This document shows positions 48,830-60,341 of a stretch of DNA of 64,000 nucleotides, piece by piece. The stretch comes from Vicugna vicugna. Taxonomy: Eukaryota. Made by a program: the position numbers and the translations under genes. Numbering within the stretch: position 1 is the stretch's first letter; each line of letters starts with the position of its first letter. The notes beneath the pieces were generated by a model. The model was not told the origin of the DNA, did not search any database, and saw nothing but the letters and a program-made list of their open reading frames with translations. The stretch is taken from NCBI GenBank assembly GCA_013265495.1, contig MU060665.1, positions 372,001-436,000 of the forward strand. Direction: 5' to 3'.

Positions 48830-49530
48830 AAGTGGTGCTAAGAGAAATGTTTAGTCCAGGACTATGAGCTGAAGCCAGTGTGGTGGGTGTAGATGCAGAG
48901 GAAGCAAGAGAATTTCAAGGGGATGTCAAAACTCAGAGGAAAAGGATCTGAGCCTCTCGGTCAGCTTTTGAAAGAGCTGCCTGAGATTCTGGGACTTGTC
49001 TGAATGAAGGAGCACCTTCGGAGGATTCTTGGTTATACCCAACAAAATCCTAAACTGAACTAACTGAAGCAGGAAAGGGGCATCGATTGCCTCATAGAAC
49101 CAAGTCAAGGGTAAGGCAAAGCCATACCTGACCTCAGAGACGCTGTGACACCACCTGGCTCTGCACTTCTAGTCTCTGTACGTCAGTTTTATTCTCTCAG
49201 CCAGGCTGCTTCCACAAGTTCAGAGCTCTAGTCGTTTGCTTTCGTCTTTGAGGTCAGAGGGAAAAAGACAGAACTTCTCTCCCCCACCCTAGTGTGAAAA
49301 ATACTGAGGGAAAACTCTGGCTGGGCTGGGATTACATGTGCATTCCTAGATCAGTCACTGTGATCAGGGAGGTGGGGTATCACCACTGGCTCATCTGGGC
49401 AATGCGCCCATTCCTATCAGTAGACAGGTGAGGGTGGTCATTGGCATCCCCAACCAAACTACATTTTTGGAGTAAGAAAGGATCAATTTTCCAAAGAAAT
49501 AGGAGTACTGTTACCAGGGAAAGAGGGCAG
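48830..49530. mobile_element. Ancient MaLR LTR fragments (MLT1J/K-like)
   Basis: Recalled motifs (ctctggctgggctgggattacatgtgcattcct...tcagtcactgtgatcaggg). Confidence 0.5.
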
Positions 49531-51284
49531 ATGGCGCGGCGCAGACCACAGCGGATGATGACCAGGAGGAGAGGTGTAGGATCAACTGGGAGAATGTGAG
49601 TCTAGCACCATGTCCGGGACAGCAGGGCTCAACTAACACTTTTTTTTTTTAATAGTAGGAAAGGCTGAGGTCTGAGTACATATGGAGTTCACAATTCCTA
49701 TGTCAAGACGTGTCATGAATGTACCAGAAATTTTCAGGTGTCCAGATAAACTTGACCTAAGCCATTTAGTTGCAAAAAGGGGGAGAAACACATATGACGA
49801 AGAAAGGATATCTTGCAAGAATTTGCCTAGCCCACAGGCAGCACTCAGTTAATGCTCGTTGCATGGATTGCGCAAATGAAATGCTGAGTGTTTCTGTGTT
49901 CCCAGGTGACCATATCAGCATCCAGATGTTGCATTCTTATTTTATGATGACTTTGCTCTCAGCAGACACCCTGAAGGACTTCACAAGGCTCTACCCCTCC
50001 TTCCTTGTGAAATCTACTTTTCTCCTTGCTGTTGTCCATGGTTCAGCCACATGGTTTCCACCCTCCTGCCCAGCCCCTTGAAAAGATGCTTCTGTTGGAA
50101 AGATGGGTGTTCTAGATTGGCTGTGCCAGACATAGCCACCATATCTACTGAGGTGCCAGGCTCTGCGGTTTGGAGGCTGGCTCTGCCTCACTTGCAGCCG
50201 GGCACTGTGGCCTCTGGTCTAGAAAGGGAGTTGGAATGCATTGTCTGCTCCTGAACTTTTGTAGAAGCATAAATGCCCAGTCGACCACTTGATGAGCCTG
50301 AATTTTCCAAGCCGACCTTCACGGTCTCCTCTTCCCAGCTTTGTCTTACCATCAAACAGAAGTTACCTATCTTCCAGTCCTTTCTGGAAACATGTTTATA
50401 TGATTGTCTTAAAAGTAATCATGCTTGTGATGGTCTCCTTATTCACTGACCGTGGGATGTGAAATCTCTCTCCTCCTCTCTTGTCTCTGCACCTCCTGGC
50501 TGGTGCTCAGGTTGTCAGTAAGAGAAAAGATAGTCATTATCATTATTGCAGCTATGAATCATTGAGCGCCTACTGTATAACCAGCATGGCACTAGGTGCT
50601 GGGAATATGGTGATGAACAGAGGTGGGCACACGGGGCAGCTAAGGAAGATGAAGCTTCAGGAGCCTCGCCCGCACCACCTGAGTGAGCGCTGGGAGGTGT
50701 AAGGTGCTCTGGGCAGGAAGAGGAAGCCTGGTGACCATCAGGAAGCATTTCTATGTGGGTATTTCTACTAAATTGTTTCAATGAGCACCTCAGAAGGGCC
50801 TTAGATCTCCTAAGCTCTAGGAATTAGTGGCAATTTCTTTTCTCACTCTAAATGAATATTCATTTATAGTAAATTTTATATTTATAATTGTATATTTATT
50901 TTCTTAAAGAGGTCCCCCTCAAATGATAAAACCTTCAGCCCCCACAAAACCTGCCCCTGGTAGTGAACACAAGACATGATCCTTGCTGTCAAGTTTACAG
51001 TATAGAGGAAGAGACACTGATCAAAGAATTGCACAAATAAATATACAGTATTAAAGTGAGAAAAGGTTATGAAGGAGAACTGCGGAGTGTCATGAGTGCA
51101 ACAATAGAGAAGGAGTAGGAGGAGCTTCCCTGAGCTGAGAGCTGAAGCGGAGGTAGACTGAAATTAGGCAGCGGGTGGGGGCGGATTCTTAATGCTTCTG
51201 CTGCACTGGCCCAGCTCTGAGGCGCTCTCCTGGACAGAGGCAGAGGCTGTCCTAGCCGGTCAGTTATAGACTTCTTCCTGGTCT

Positions 51285-51944
51285 TGTTGCTGGTAGATGA
51301 TGTAGCTGGTGCCCAGGCTCTCGTCCTGTCCCAGAAAGAATTCAGAGACAAGATGCAGAGGTTAAGAAAGTAAAGTGGGGATTTATTAAGGGATGGACTG
51401 TACACTCTGAAGGGGAGAGCGGGCAGGCTCAGGTGTGCGGCTGCCCTGAGTTTCTTTGGCAAGTTGGTTAAATAGGGTGTAAAAATGAATGAGCAGAATA
51501 TTCACTGGGGAAGAAAGGGCTTGGGGTCATATTCCCTGATTTTCATCCCAACTCCACCTTCCCAAAAGGAGGAGGGAATTTCGTCCTTATTTAACCTGGA
51601 TTGAAATTGTCCTCATGTCGGTGCATGATAGGAACTTCTAATCTGCAAGGCTTATCTTATTGAAACGAGGGCATAATGAGCAAAAGGTTACATTCAGACA
51701 CTGGAAATTCCTGCCTTTTCCCACTTTTCTTTGTCAGCCTCCAGGCTGCTCATCACCCCAAAATGTGTGACCACTTATCAGCTCCAAATTTCCTGCTTCT
51801 CTTTCTCTGCTCAGGGACCCGTGGTGCTTACGTAATGTATGGTTTCCTGTACTTGGCCTGTGCCCCTCCTTTCTGCCCAATTCCTGCCATCTGGCCTCTG
51901 TCCCCCTTTTTCCACTCATATCTAGCTATCTGCCTGCTCTAACA
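51285..51944 (-). mobile_element. Solo ERV1-type LTR (660 bp), same orientation as QSOX1
   Basis: Minus strand TG...CA ends; 4-bp TSD GTCT at 51281-51284 and 51945-51948; TATA-like TATTTAA (51468-51474) upstream of AATAAA (51382-51387). Confidence 0.88.
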
Positions 51945-52777
51945 GTCTCTCTCCTCTAGATCCTTTCTCAGAGCAACCTCATTCCCTGCTTAAAACCTTC
52001 CAGTGACTTCCTGTGCACTTAGAATCCACATTCTGTACCTCGGCCTAAAGCGACTGCCTGCCCCTCAGACCCCAACTCCTGTTCCTGCTGCTGTGCCCCT
52101 CACCGGCCAGGTCACAGGCCTGTGCCCACTGGAGTGGTTTTAAGACTGTCATTGGCCCAAGTGGCATCAATGTTGTAGGCATTACACAGTGTCATATCAA
52201 CTGTATTTAAAAACACCAACATCACTGAATACCTTTGAATAAAATCTTTGGAAGCAATGTCTAGAATTTTGCTTTGGCAATCACCTGACCACGAGTAACT
52301 CCTTTGTTTTATAATGTGTTTTGATTTCTCAGAAAGTAATATACATTCTGAGAAATTATTATAAAGAGAGAAAGTCTAACCAACAAGTCAAGTTCAAATG
52401 TAGTAGTTTTTATGATTAACAAGTTGAACAAGTAGTGAAGACGTAATTACACATATCATTTAAATAAACATTTATTAATATTAATTTGCAGTTTCATTTT
52501 GATTTTGGAACCAGTCTCATGCCTCCCCACGACCTTCCCCTTCAGACCAGCAGGCATTTTTTAAGACCTAGAAAAGCTCGTTGGCCTGGGAGCTATGCCT
52601 GTACCGCCTGCGAAGTAAAACAGTGCTGGCTCCTGACGCGGGCCTTTGTTCTCACTGCTCTTGTCTGCCTGGAGCCCTCGTCCTGTGGCTCCTTTAAGGA
52701 AGCTGGAGAGGAGGAGTCCCAGGTGCTGTCTCCTAACTTAGCCACTTACCTACTCACTCACTCACTTCCATACTCAG

Positions 52778-53193
52778 TGTCTCAGTTTCTTAGGGCTGCT
52801 GGAGCAGAGTACCACGAACTGGGTGACTTGCAAAGCAGATTTAATGTCCCAGTTCCGAAGGCCACAAGTCCAAACTCAAGCAACTGAGGGTTGCTTCCCG
52901 AGGCTGTGAGCGAGAATCTGCCCCAGGCCTCTCTCCTAGCTGCGGGCGGCCCGGCACTCCGTGGCTGGTGGAGGACTGTTTTCTCCCAGTGCTTCTGTGT
53001 ATGTCTGTCCCTGTGTCCAAATGTCCCCCTTTTTATAAGGGCACAGTCATGTTGGATTAGGGCTCACCCTAATGACCTCACTTTAACTTGATTACCTCTG
53101 TAAACACCTTATCTCCGAATAAGGGCGCATTCCGAGGTGCTGGGGGTTACTACTCCAACAGCTTTTAGAGTGGGCGCAATGCAACCCATAACA
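52778..53193 (+). mobile_element. MaLR solo LTR (MLT1C-like)
   Basis: TGT...ACA ends; recalled motifs tagggctgc...agtaccacgaactgggtg, ggattagggctcaccctaatgacctcactttaacttg. Confidence 0.8.
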
Positions 53194-53295
53194 ATGCATA
53201 TTTATTTATTTGGTTCTGCATCTCCTCATTATCCAGGTCTTAGCTGGAATGTTCTCTCCAGAGAGCTTGTCCTGATCAGACTTCTAGGGACCTTT

Positions 53296-53741
53296 TGTAA
53301 CCTACTGGGATCCTATAGGGCCTTCCTGGGACAGACCCCTCCCCCATATCCTCTGCTGTAGCTCCTCTCTGAGGTACCCAGAGAATAGTATCTCACGCAT
53401 ATTTGCTGAGTTTCTCAGATGCTAAAAACCGCCACCAAATGGAAGAAATTAACTACTTGATAATCATGAGCACATAGCATCTAGTCCTGGTGCCTAAGCA
53501 CCAGCAACCAATCTGAGAACTGTGCACAGCTGATCACATACCCTGGGACACCCTTCCCGAAACTGGCCTTTAAAGATGCTCAACTGAAAACCTTTCAGGG
53601 TGTTAGGGGTTTATTTTGAGCATGAGCCACCCTGTTCTCCTTGCTCTGCTCTGCAATTAACCTTTCTCTGCTCCAAACTCCAACATTTCAGATTGTTTGG
53701 CCTCACTGTGTGTCGGGTACTCAAACTTGCATTCAATGAGA
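53296..53741 (+). mobile_element. 5' LTR of provirus
   Basis: Begins TGTAAC; shares long blocks with 59081-59529 (aatagtatctcacgca; aagaaattaactacttgat; gaactgtgcacagctgatcacata; ccaaactccaaca). Confidence 0.88.
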
Positions 53742-54699
53742 ATTTCGGTGAGGCCGGCCTAGGAGTTTATGTCCTCGGCAGGTCGACCTTGCCTGGGGCA
53801 GCCCCTTTCCTGAGTCCCAGCAGCTGCTGGAGCTTGCTTCGCTCTGGGGAACTGAACGAGATTCTCCCTGACAGGATCCAGCCGCCGCCACCACCCCAGG
53901 AGGTCTGGAGCCGAGAAACATCCAGAGCTGTGGTCCAAATTTGATGTCGCCTCGGGGTGAGTCACTCCAGCTTGTGAAGGCATGGCATTCTCTCCACTTC
54001 ATCTGGGCTCACTGTGAGCCACTCTGGGTCTGTTCTCTTGGGAGAGCTGAGTCAGTCTGTTTGGAGGCTTCCATCTGGCCTCTGGGAGTGGAAGTGGAAG
54101 TTTGAGAAGACATCTCCTCTGATTGTCTGCCTGTGAGATCAAAGCTTATTTGTTGGTTGTGATTTTGTGTGTATCGTTTTGGGGTGAGCCACTCCAGCCT
54201 GCGCAGGATGGGAGAATTCTACCCGTTCCGCCTGGGCTCCTTCCGTTTCAGAAGTGAACCATACTGCGTTCACTGGGAGCCACTCTGGGGCTGTTCTCTT
54301 TCAGGAGCCAGGCCACTCTGGAAGCCTCCATCTGGGAGTGGAAGTGGAATTTGGGGGCTACACCGCATCTGATCTTTTGTTTGTGGAACGTCTGTTAGTG
54401 TGTGTATCAGTACTTGCATTGGCCGGCTGAGACGTCTTTGGTGGGGAACGGGGCTCGTGTGTGACACTAGGGTATCTTTCCTTATTGTGGAGCCTTGGTT
54501 GGGATTTTCCCTTCCTAGTCTTGGCCACTCATTTCAGCTTCATCTCTGATTGTGTGTTGGTCGGCGTTCTCCAGTTTTAGACTGACGGGACACTGGTTGG
54601 AATCCCTCTTTTTAGGGCTAGGGAACTGAGACCCTGAGAGACTGTTTCAAATTGTTGTTTGCTTGAAAACTTGGTAACATCGGCCGTGAATAATTAAGT

Positions 54700-54880
54700 A
54701 TGGATGAGCAGAGTTCTGTTCCAACTTTTAGTCCCCCTAGGGTAATTTTACAAAACTGGGAGGTCTTTAGCTATGCTCCCATAAATGAAAGGCAATAAAA
54801 AATATCATTTTGACACTGTGTGGGCTCCATATCCCTGAGATCTGGAGAACAATGGCCCCTAATGGCTCTGCTACTATATC
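54700..54880 (+). pseudogene. Frameshifted gag matrix remnant
   Basis: MDEQSSVPTFSPPRVILQNWEVFSYAP... then TVW.Y....GEQWP.NGS across frameshifts, resembling the class I ERV MA pattern SPLGCILxNW...TAWPQY...WPxNGS. Confidence 0.6.
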
Positions 54881-55559
54881 ATAGTGGGTCTTTTGTGATT
54901 GCTTCGGCTTTTATCTTGGGTGTGTGTGAGCGGCTGGGTGCCTGAGTCCAAATTCTGTCCTCTCTTCCTGGTTATGCTGAAAGTCAGTCAAGTGAATGTG
55001 AGTGAATAATGTGCATATCATCGTCTGTTACTGTTCTTTCTCTAAACTGAAGTGGATATTTGGGAACTGGAAAAAAAAAATCCCTGAAAATAGCCAAGAT
55101 GGCTGGGGTTTGTAAGCAGTTAGAGGAGGAATTTGCATTTCTCATCCTTTGCCTTTGAGATGTAGATGATCTACCTGGGCTGTCAAGTTAAAAAAAAAAA
55201 ACAGTTAAAAAAAAAAAAAACTTGAGTAGAAAATTATGAGATCTCTGGTTCTGCCTGCCTTTACTTAAAAAACTAACTTGTTAATGAGCTCTATTTAACT
55301 GACTTAAAAATAAGTGCTTACGAATTAAATACTTCTAAGTATAAAAGAAGCTAGACCAAATTTCAGGTTCACATGATCTAGGAAATATTCAATATTGAAT
55401 TGTTATCTGATGGTAAAGCCAACTCAAGCTTGTTGATATAATCAATACAGACCTATCTTGTTGTACCTAGGTTTACTGAAAGTCAATAAGTTCATATTCT
55501 GAGTTTGTCAGCAGAAAGAAAAAAATTAGTAACTTGTTATAATGAAATTCTTATTTGAA

Positions 55560-55718
55560 AATTTTTTCTTCCTTTTTTAAAAATTTAAATTAATTTTTTG
55601 GGGGTGAGGGAGAGATAATTAGGTTTATTTATTTATTTTTAGAGGAGGTACTGGGGATTGAACCCAGGACCTTGTTTATGCTAAGCACACTCTCTACCGC
55701 TTGAGCTATATCCTCCTC
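55560..55718 (-). mobile_element. tRNA-derived SINE (camelid vic-1-like) inserted in the provirus
   Basis: Minus strand GGAGGATATAGCTCAAGCGGTAGAG...GGTCCTGGGTTCAATCCCCAGTACC with A/B boxes and an A-rich tail. Confidence 0.8.
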
Positions 55719-55823
55719 ACCGATGAAACTTCCTGTAAGTGAATTAAATGCAAATGAGATAAGAGCCTTTGGGTCAACTCTTTAGAAATAATTTTGTTTT
55801 AGGAATGTATACTTACGAATGAT

Positions 55824-56333
55824 TGTGAATGAAAAATATTGCCAGCCGTATCAGTAAACAAAGGATGCTGTGACCATCAAGTCATCAGCCTTTGCTGCCT
55901 CCCCTCCCCTGACAGTGAGTGGAGGGAACTCAGGATGCAGACAAGGAGGCAGCCCTGTCTCTGCTGCCACCCCCAGAGGTGCCCCCGAGAGGGACTCAGG
56001 ATGTGGAAGAAGAGGATACTGGCCCTAGACAGCTGGGAGCATATCAAAGGAATGATTTCAATAAGCCCAGATCTTTGCACCTTCCCATACATAGAAGAGT
56101 GCTAAATTCCTTAACTTGAGATGTCTAGTTTTCTTTAATTAACAGTAATCTTTTGATGTTCTGGCTAATTGGTCTTTGTGGCAAAACTCCTATATATCCT
56201 GGCTTCTCCACTGCCTCTGTGGAACAGTCCCTTAGAGCAATCTCAGAGGCTGCCTCCCGGGCTCAAGTCCTCAAAGTCTGCCAAATAAAACATAATTCTC
56301 AACTTCTAGGTTGTTCATTTTTTTCAGTTGACA
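55824..56333 (+). mobile_element. Nested solo LTR A (510 bp)
   Basis: TGTGAA...GTTGACA; perfect TSD TGAT at 55820-55823 and 56334-56337; TATATA near 56190; AATAAA at 56284-56289. Confidence 0.9.
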
Positions 56334-56808
56334 TGATCTTTCCAGATATTTGGTAACTGGAAATTTTGGAGTTGTGCTGAGTAAAATGATGGGAGTTTAT
56401 TGAATAGCTAAATAGTGAGATCATTCTTCAACAAAAGAAGATACTGAAAAATTCACTAGAAATTGAGATTTTTTTTTAAGAATTGAGGATCCTAATTTAA
56501 ACATGTAATTGAAGCTACTAAAACTAACGGGGGAAACATTACAGTAGGAAAATAGGATATGTGTTTTGTGTTTAAAAAAAGATAGGAGGAATGGAATTGC
56601 ATTTTGTTAAGGGAAGGAAGAGTGGGTCCTAGAGCTAATTGTTTCTAGATGTGAAAAAAAAAAAAGGGACAAACTAATATGGATACAGAAAGTTGAGGAA
56701 ATTTTGTAGAAAGGGAGCCCTGAAAAAGGAGTTCTGTGCATGATCGGGCTGAGCTTAGATTAAACTTGACTAGGTAAATGCATTTTGTTATTAAAAGTAA
56801 TCTGGTGC

Positions 56809-57123
56809 TGAGAAGGAAAAGCCGGGCTGGGCCAACTCGCAGATCTAAGTTTAATTAGTGTCAGTAACTGATCTGTTCTTGTTAGAAAAAGTTCTAGTTT
56901 ACTGATTCCCTGCTTCCCTTTTGTGATATTGCTGAGCTGTTTGCGCCTTATTGGCCAATATACCCCAAGCTTGTAATCTACCCTTTAAAGCCTCACGCAC
57001 GCGTCTTAGAGGTGCTCAGAGCCCCAAGTGTTAGTCCCTCCGAGCCTGCTGGCGTAATAAACCTGAGTACTCCAACCCTCCGAGTGTTGCTTGTTTCTTG
57101 GCTGGCCTGTCGTTTCCGTAACA
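56809..57123 (+). mobile_element. Nested solo LTR B (315 bp)
   Basis: TGAGAA...GTAACA; perfect TSD GTGC at 56805-56808 and 57124-57127; ATTGGCCAAT near 56950; AATAAA at 57056-57061. Confidence 0.9.
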
Positions 57124-58589
57124 GTGCAGGACTAGATTTGGTTCCTCTTTGCTAAGAAAACAAGTTTATTTAGAATGCTTCTGATAACAGATTGTGTGAA
57201 ACTTTTTGTTATTTTTGACAAACTTCCTATCAAATTCTAATTAAAGTTCTTTAGACTTCAGCTAACTTTGGGATGCTCCAGAGGGCCCCTGACACATCTC
57301 AGAGAAGCATACTTAACTGGGATTGGTTGATATGTTGCATTGCATAGGAAGAATTGTCAAATGAGTGATAGCCTCCTTTGAGTTTACGGTATGGATAAAT
57401 TAACATAGACGTACTATATAAAGTTTCTGAAATTTAGGTATGTCCTGGTGTAATGCTGTCAGTCAGTTCTGGTCGTTATCTTGGAATGTTGCATGTCAGA
57501 GCAACTTGATTAAGCTTCTTTGTCAAAAATATTGCAATGAGATCTTTTATCATGCCTTTTTGGGTCTTTTGTCATTCACAGACAGTTAATGCTTTCCAAA
57601 ACTACTTCATCTTTAAGAAGTTTCACAAAAAGGACTTTTTGACAATTATAGGTTTCTTTTAAATCATACTGCTGAGCTGGGTAAGATATTTAAGTAGTCT
57701 AATGGAAAACTGATTTCATGAAACAGTGAGAGGGATTGATAGCATAGGATTGAGTGAACTGACAAATATGGTTATAAGTTTTTTATTGAAGTATTGCTGG
57801 GTTTTAATCAATGTTTTCTAATTGAACTGTTTACCAAATGTTTGTCTCCCTATCAATATCATCCCCAATGTGTAGGCTAGAAAGAGAATTCTCTAATGGA
57901 TTTGTCACAGAGTATAACTCCTCATAATGTACAATAATGCTTGCTTTAAGTCTGTTGCTAAAAGCATATATACCATGCTTGTGTAACAATTGAGCATCAG
58001 TGATAAAATGTATAGCCTGTGAAGTGTTTCCCCTTAACGTCCCTCTGAGCCAGTTCATGATATCTGATTAGTTTCCCCCCAGTGTGGGTAACTAGGCAGA
58101 TATAAAGGAGACCCAGCACCAAGGGACGTGATCTAAACCTGGGGCAGGAACTACCATCCCAGCAATGAGGGACAGATGTTTTGATCATCAGTGCTTGCTG
58201 TTGAAAGATTTGCAATCAAAAAGGGACATGATGGGAAAATCTGCACATATTGAGGTGTGGGGAAGTCATACTGGCTTATACATGGCTTCACTTTACTGAC
58301 CAAAGCAGCCTGTTTTGTGGCCCTTTGGACATGCCTTGTTCATCTGCTTTAGCCTTGAGGAGGGGAATGCATTTGAAAGTCAAAAGGGAGCAGCTGTGGG
58401 TCAGACATCCAAGGCAAATCTAGGTGGCCATTGTGGATGTGATTTCAGACACTTTCCTGTATTGTTGAGAACTCTCATATTCTGAGCTGTGTCACACTGA
58501 GGATGCCACCAGCCATTCTCAAAGCAGTGTCTGCTGGCAGGTGGCAGCTGCAACCTTATGACCTCAAGATCTCCTCTTATAGCTATTAA

Positions 58590-58690
58590 ATTTTTAGACA
58601 ACAAATTGATCAGAGTTTAGCAGGAAAAAGGAGACGTGTAATAGCCAATAGCTCTTGTTATATATATATGTTAATACCAAATCAGATGTT
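58590..58690 (+). pseudogene. Degraded env TM (ISD / CX6CC region) remnant
   Basis: LDNK...DQSLAG...VIANSSCYIY(VNT) resembles LDNRxALDYLLAxxGGVCAIANTSCCTYIN. Confidence 0.55.
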
Positions 58691-59080
58691 AAAACCTACT
58701 CAGATAAAAGTAGACAACTGGCTCCCTGGCCTTGAGTCTCCCCCAAAGTGCTTTCAGGCTCATTCTCCTGAATTCCTCAGGGAATGAGATTTTAATTATA
58801 CAAGACTTGGATCCAGGACTTAGAACTTGGAAAAATTTCCAACTTGGTGTTCATCCCCCAAATAGAAGTAGGACTATGCCCCCATTTCAGCAGAAAGTAG
58901 CCAGAGTGGTTGACACTTCATTTGCTGAAAGATTTGGGTAGGGACAAAACAGGATTTTAGATTGAAACCAAGGTCTTCTGCTGAGTTTTTGATTAACCTC
59001 TCTATCCAAAATATTATTCTCCTTTTTGTCCAATACCTGTTCTCCTCAAGATTGAGGGGTATTAAAGAAAACGGGGGAAT

Positions 59081-59529
59081 TGTAACTGAGCAAGACCCTG
59101 TGATTCCTTCCCGGGCTGTCCCCTCCCCCCATCCTCTCCTGCAGCTCCTCTCTGAAGTACACAGATAATAGTATCTCACGCACATCTCCCCTTCTCAGAT
59201 GCTAAAAAACCACCACCAAATGTAAGAAATTAACTACTTGATGATCATAGGCACGTAGTCCCCAGACTTTCTGGTTCTTGAGGATTGATCACCATCAGCC
59301 AATCTGCGAACTGTGCACAGCTGATCACATATCCTGGGCCGCACCTCCCTCAGCTGACCTTCAAAGATGCTCAGCTGAAACCCTTTGGGGAGCTGGAGGG
59401 GGTGGCTTGAGTACAAGCCTCAGGTTCTCTTTGCTTGGCCCAGCAATAAATCTTTCTCTGCACCAAACTCCAACACTGCAGTTTGTTTGGTCTCACTGTG
59501 TCCAGAACACGAACTTGGATTTGGTGACA
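59081..59529 (+). mobile_element. 3' LTR of provirus
   Basis: TGTAAC...GTGACA directly after the PPT; AATAAA near 59445. Confidence 0.9.
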
Positions 59530-60341
59530 CTTCCCTCCGGCATTACCATAGCTTAGCAACGTCACTGTGGTAAGAAGCCTATCCGTCTGTATCATGAACT
59601 TCTAATTCCATGTTTAGTTATATGTCCTCCCAACTGGCTTGGAAAATGTTTGTTCTAATTTTCCTTGTGATACTTTCTTTGACCCATTATTATTTAGGAT
59701 TATTCAGAAATGTGTTGTCTAATTTCTAAATGTTTGAGATTTCCTCAAATACCTTAATGTTGTTGATTTCTAACTTAATTTCATCAAGGTCATACTTGAA
59801 AATTTGTGTGGTTTTAATCATTTTAAACTGTGATTTGTCTTACGGTCCTGCAGATGGTCTCTCCTGGTGAACGTGCCACGTGGACGTTAAGGGAACGTGC
59901 CTCCTACAGTTGCTGGGGGTAGAGTTCTGTAAATATCAATTAGGTCATGGCAGTTTACGGTGTAGTTCAATCCTCTTTATTGACTCTTTGTCTAGTTCCA
60001 TCAATTGCTGAAAGACAGATGTGAATCTCCTACTGTGACTGTGGAATTATTTTTCTCTACCATCAACTTTTGCTTCATGTATTTTGAGGCTCTGTTATTA
60101 AGCATGTACACATTTATGGCCGTTATTGCTTCCTTTTACTCTTTACCTTACACGACGTCCATTTTTATCTTTAGTCATACTCTTTAAACCTTGGATTCTA
60201 TTTTACCTGTTAGTAATACATCCTGCACAGTCTGCTCATGCCTACTGTTTGCAGGGTTTACTTTTTCTGTTCATTTACTTTGAAGTTATTTGTGTCTCCA
60301 TATTCAATGTGGGTCTCTGAGACAGCATAGAATTGAGGCTT

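Larger units (their letters stand above)
53296..59529 (+). mobile_element. Degenerate non-autonomous ERV1-class provirus with both LTRs (6234 bp including nested insertions)
   Basis: Homologous LTRs at 53296-53741 and 59081-59529; PBS-like sequence after the 5' LTR; PPT AAAGAAAACGGGGGAA before the 3' LTR; near-TSD CTTT/CTTC; gag and env remnants inside. Confidence 0.88.

Noticed and set aside
53330-53570. GAS/STAT1-like sites in the proviral 5' LTR (TTCCTGGGA, TTCCCGAAA), as in MER41-type interferon enhancers
   Set aside because: Neither fits TTC-N3-GAA exactly, and I cannot assign the LTR to MER41 without a search.
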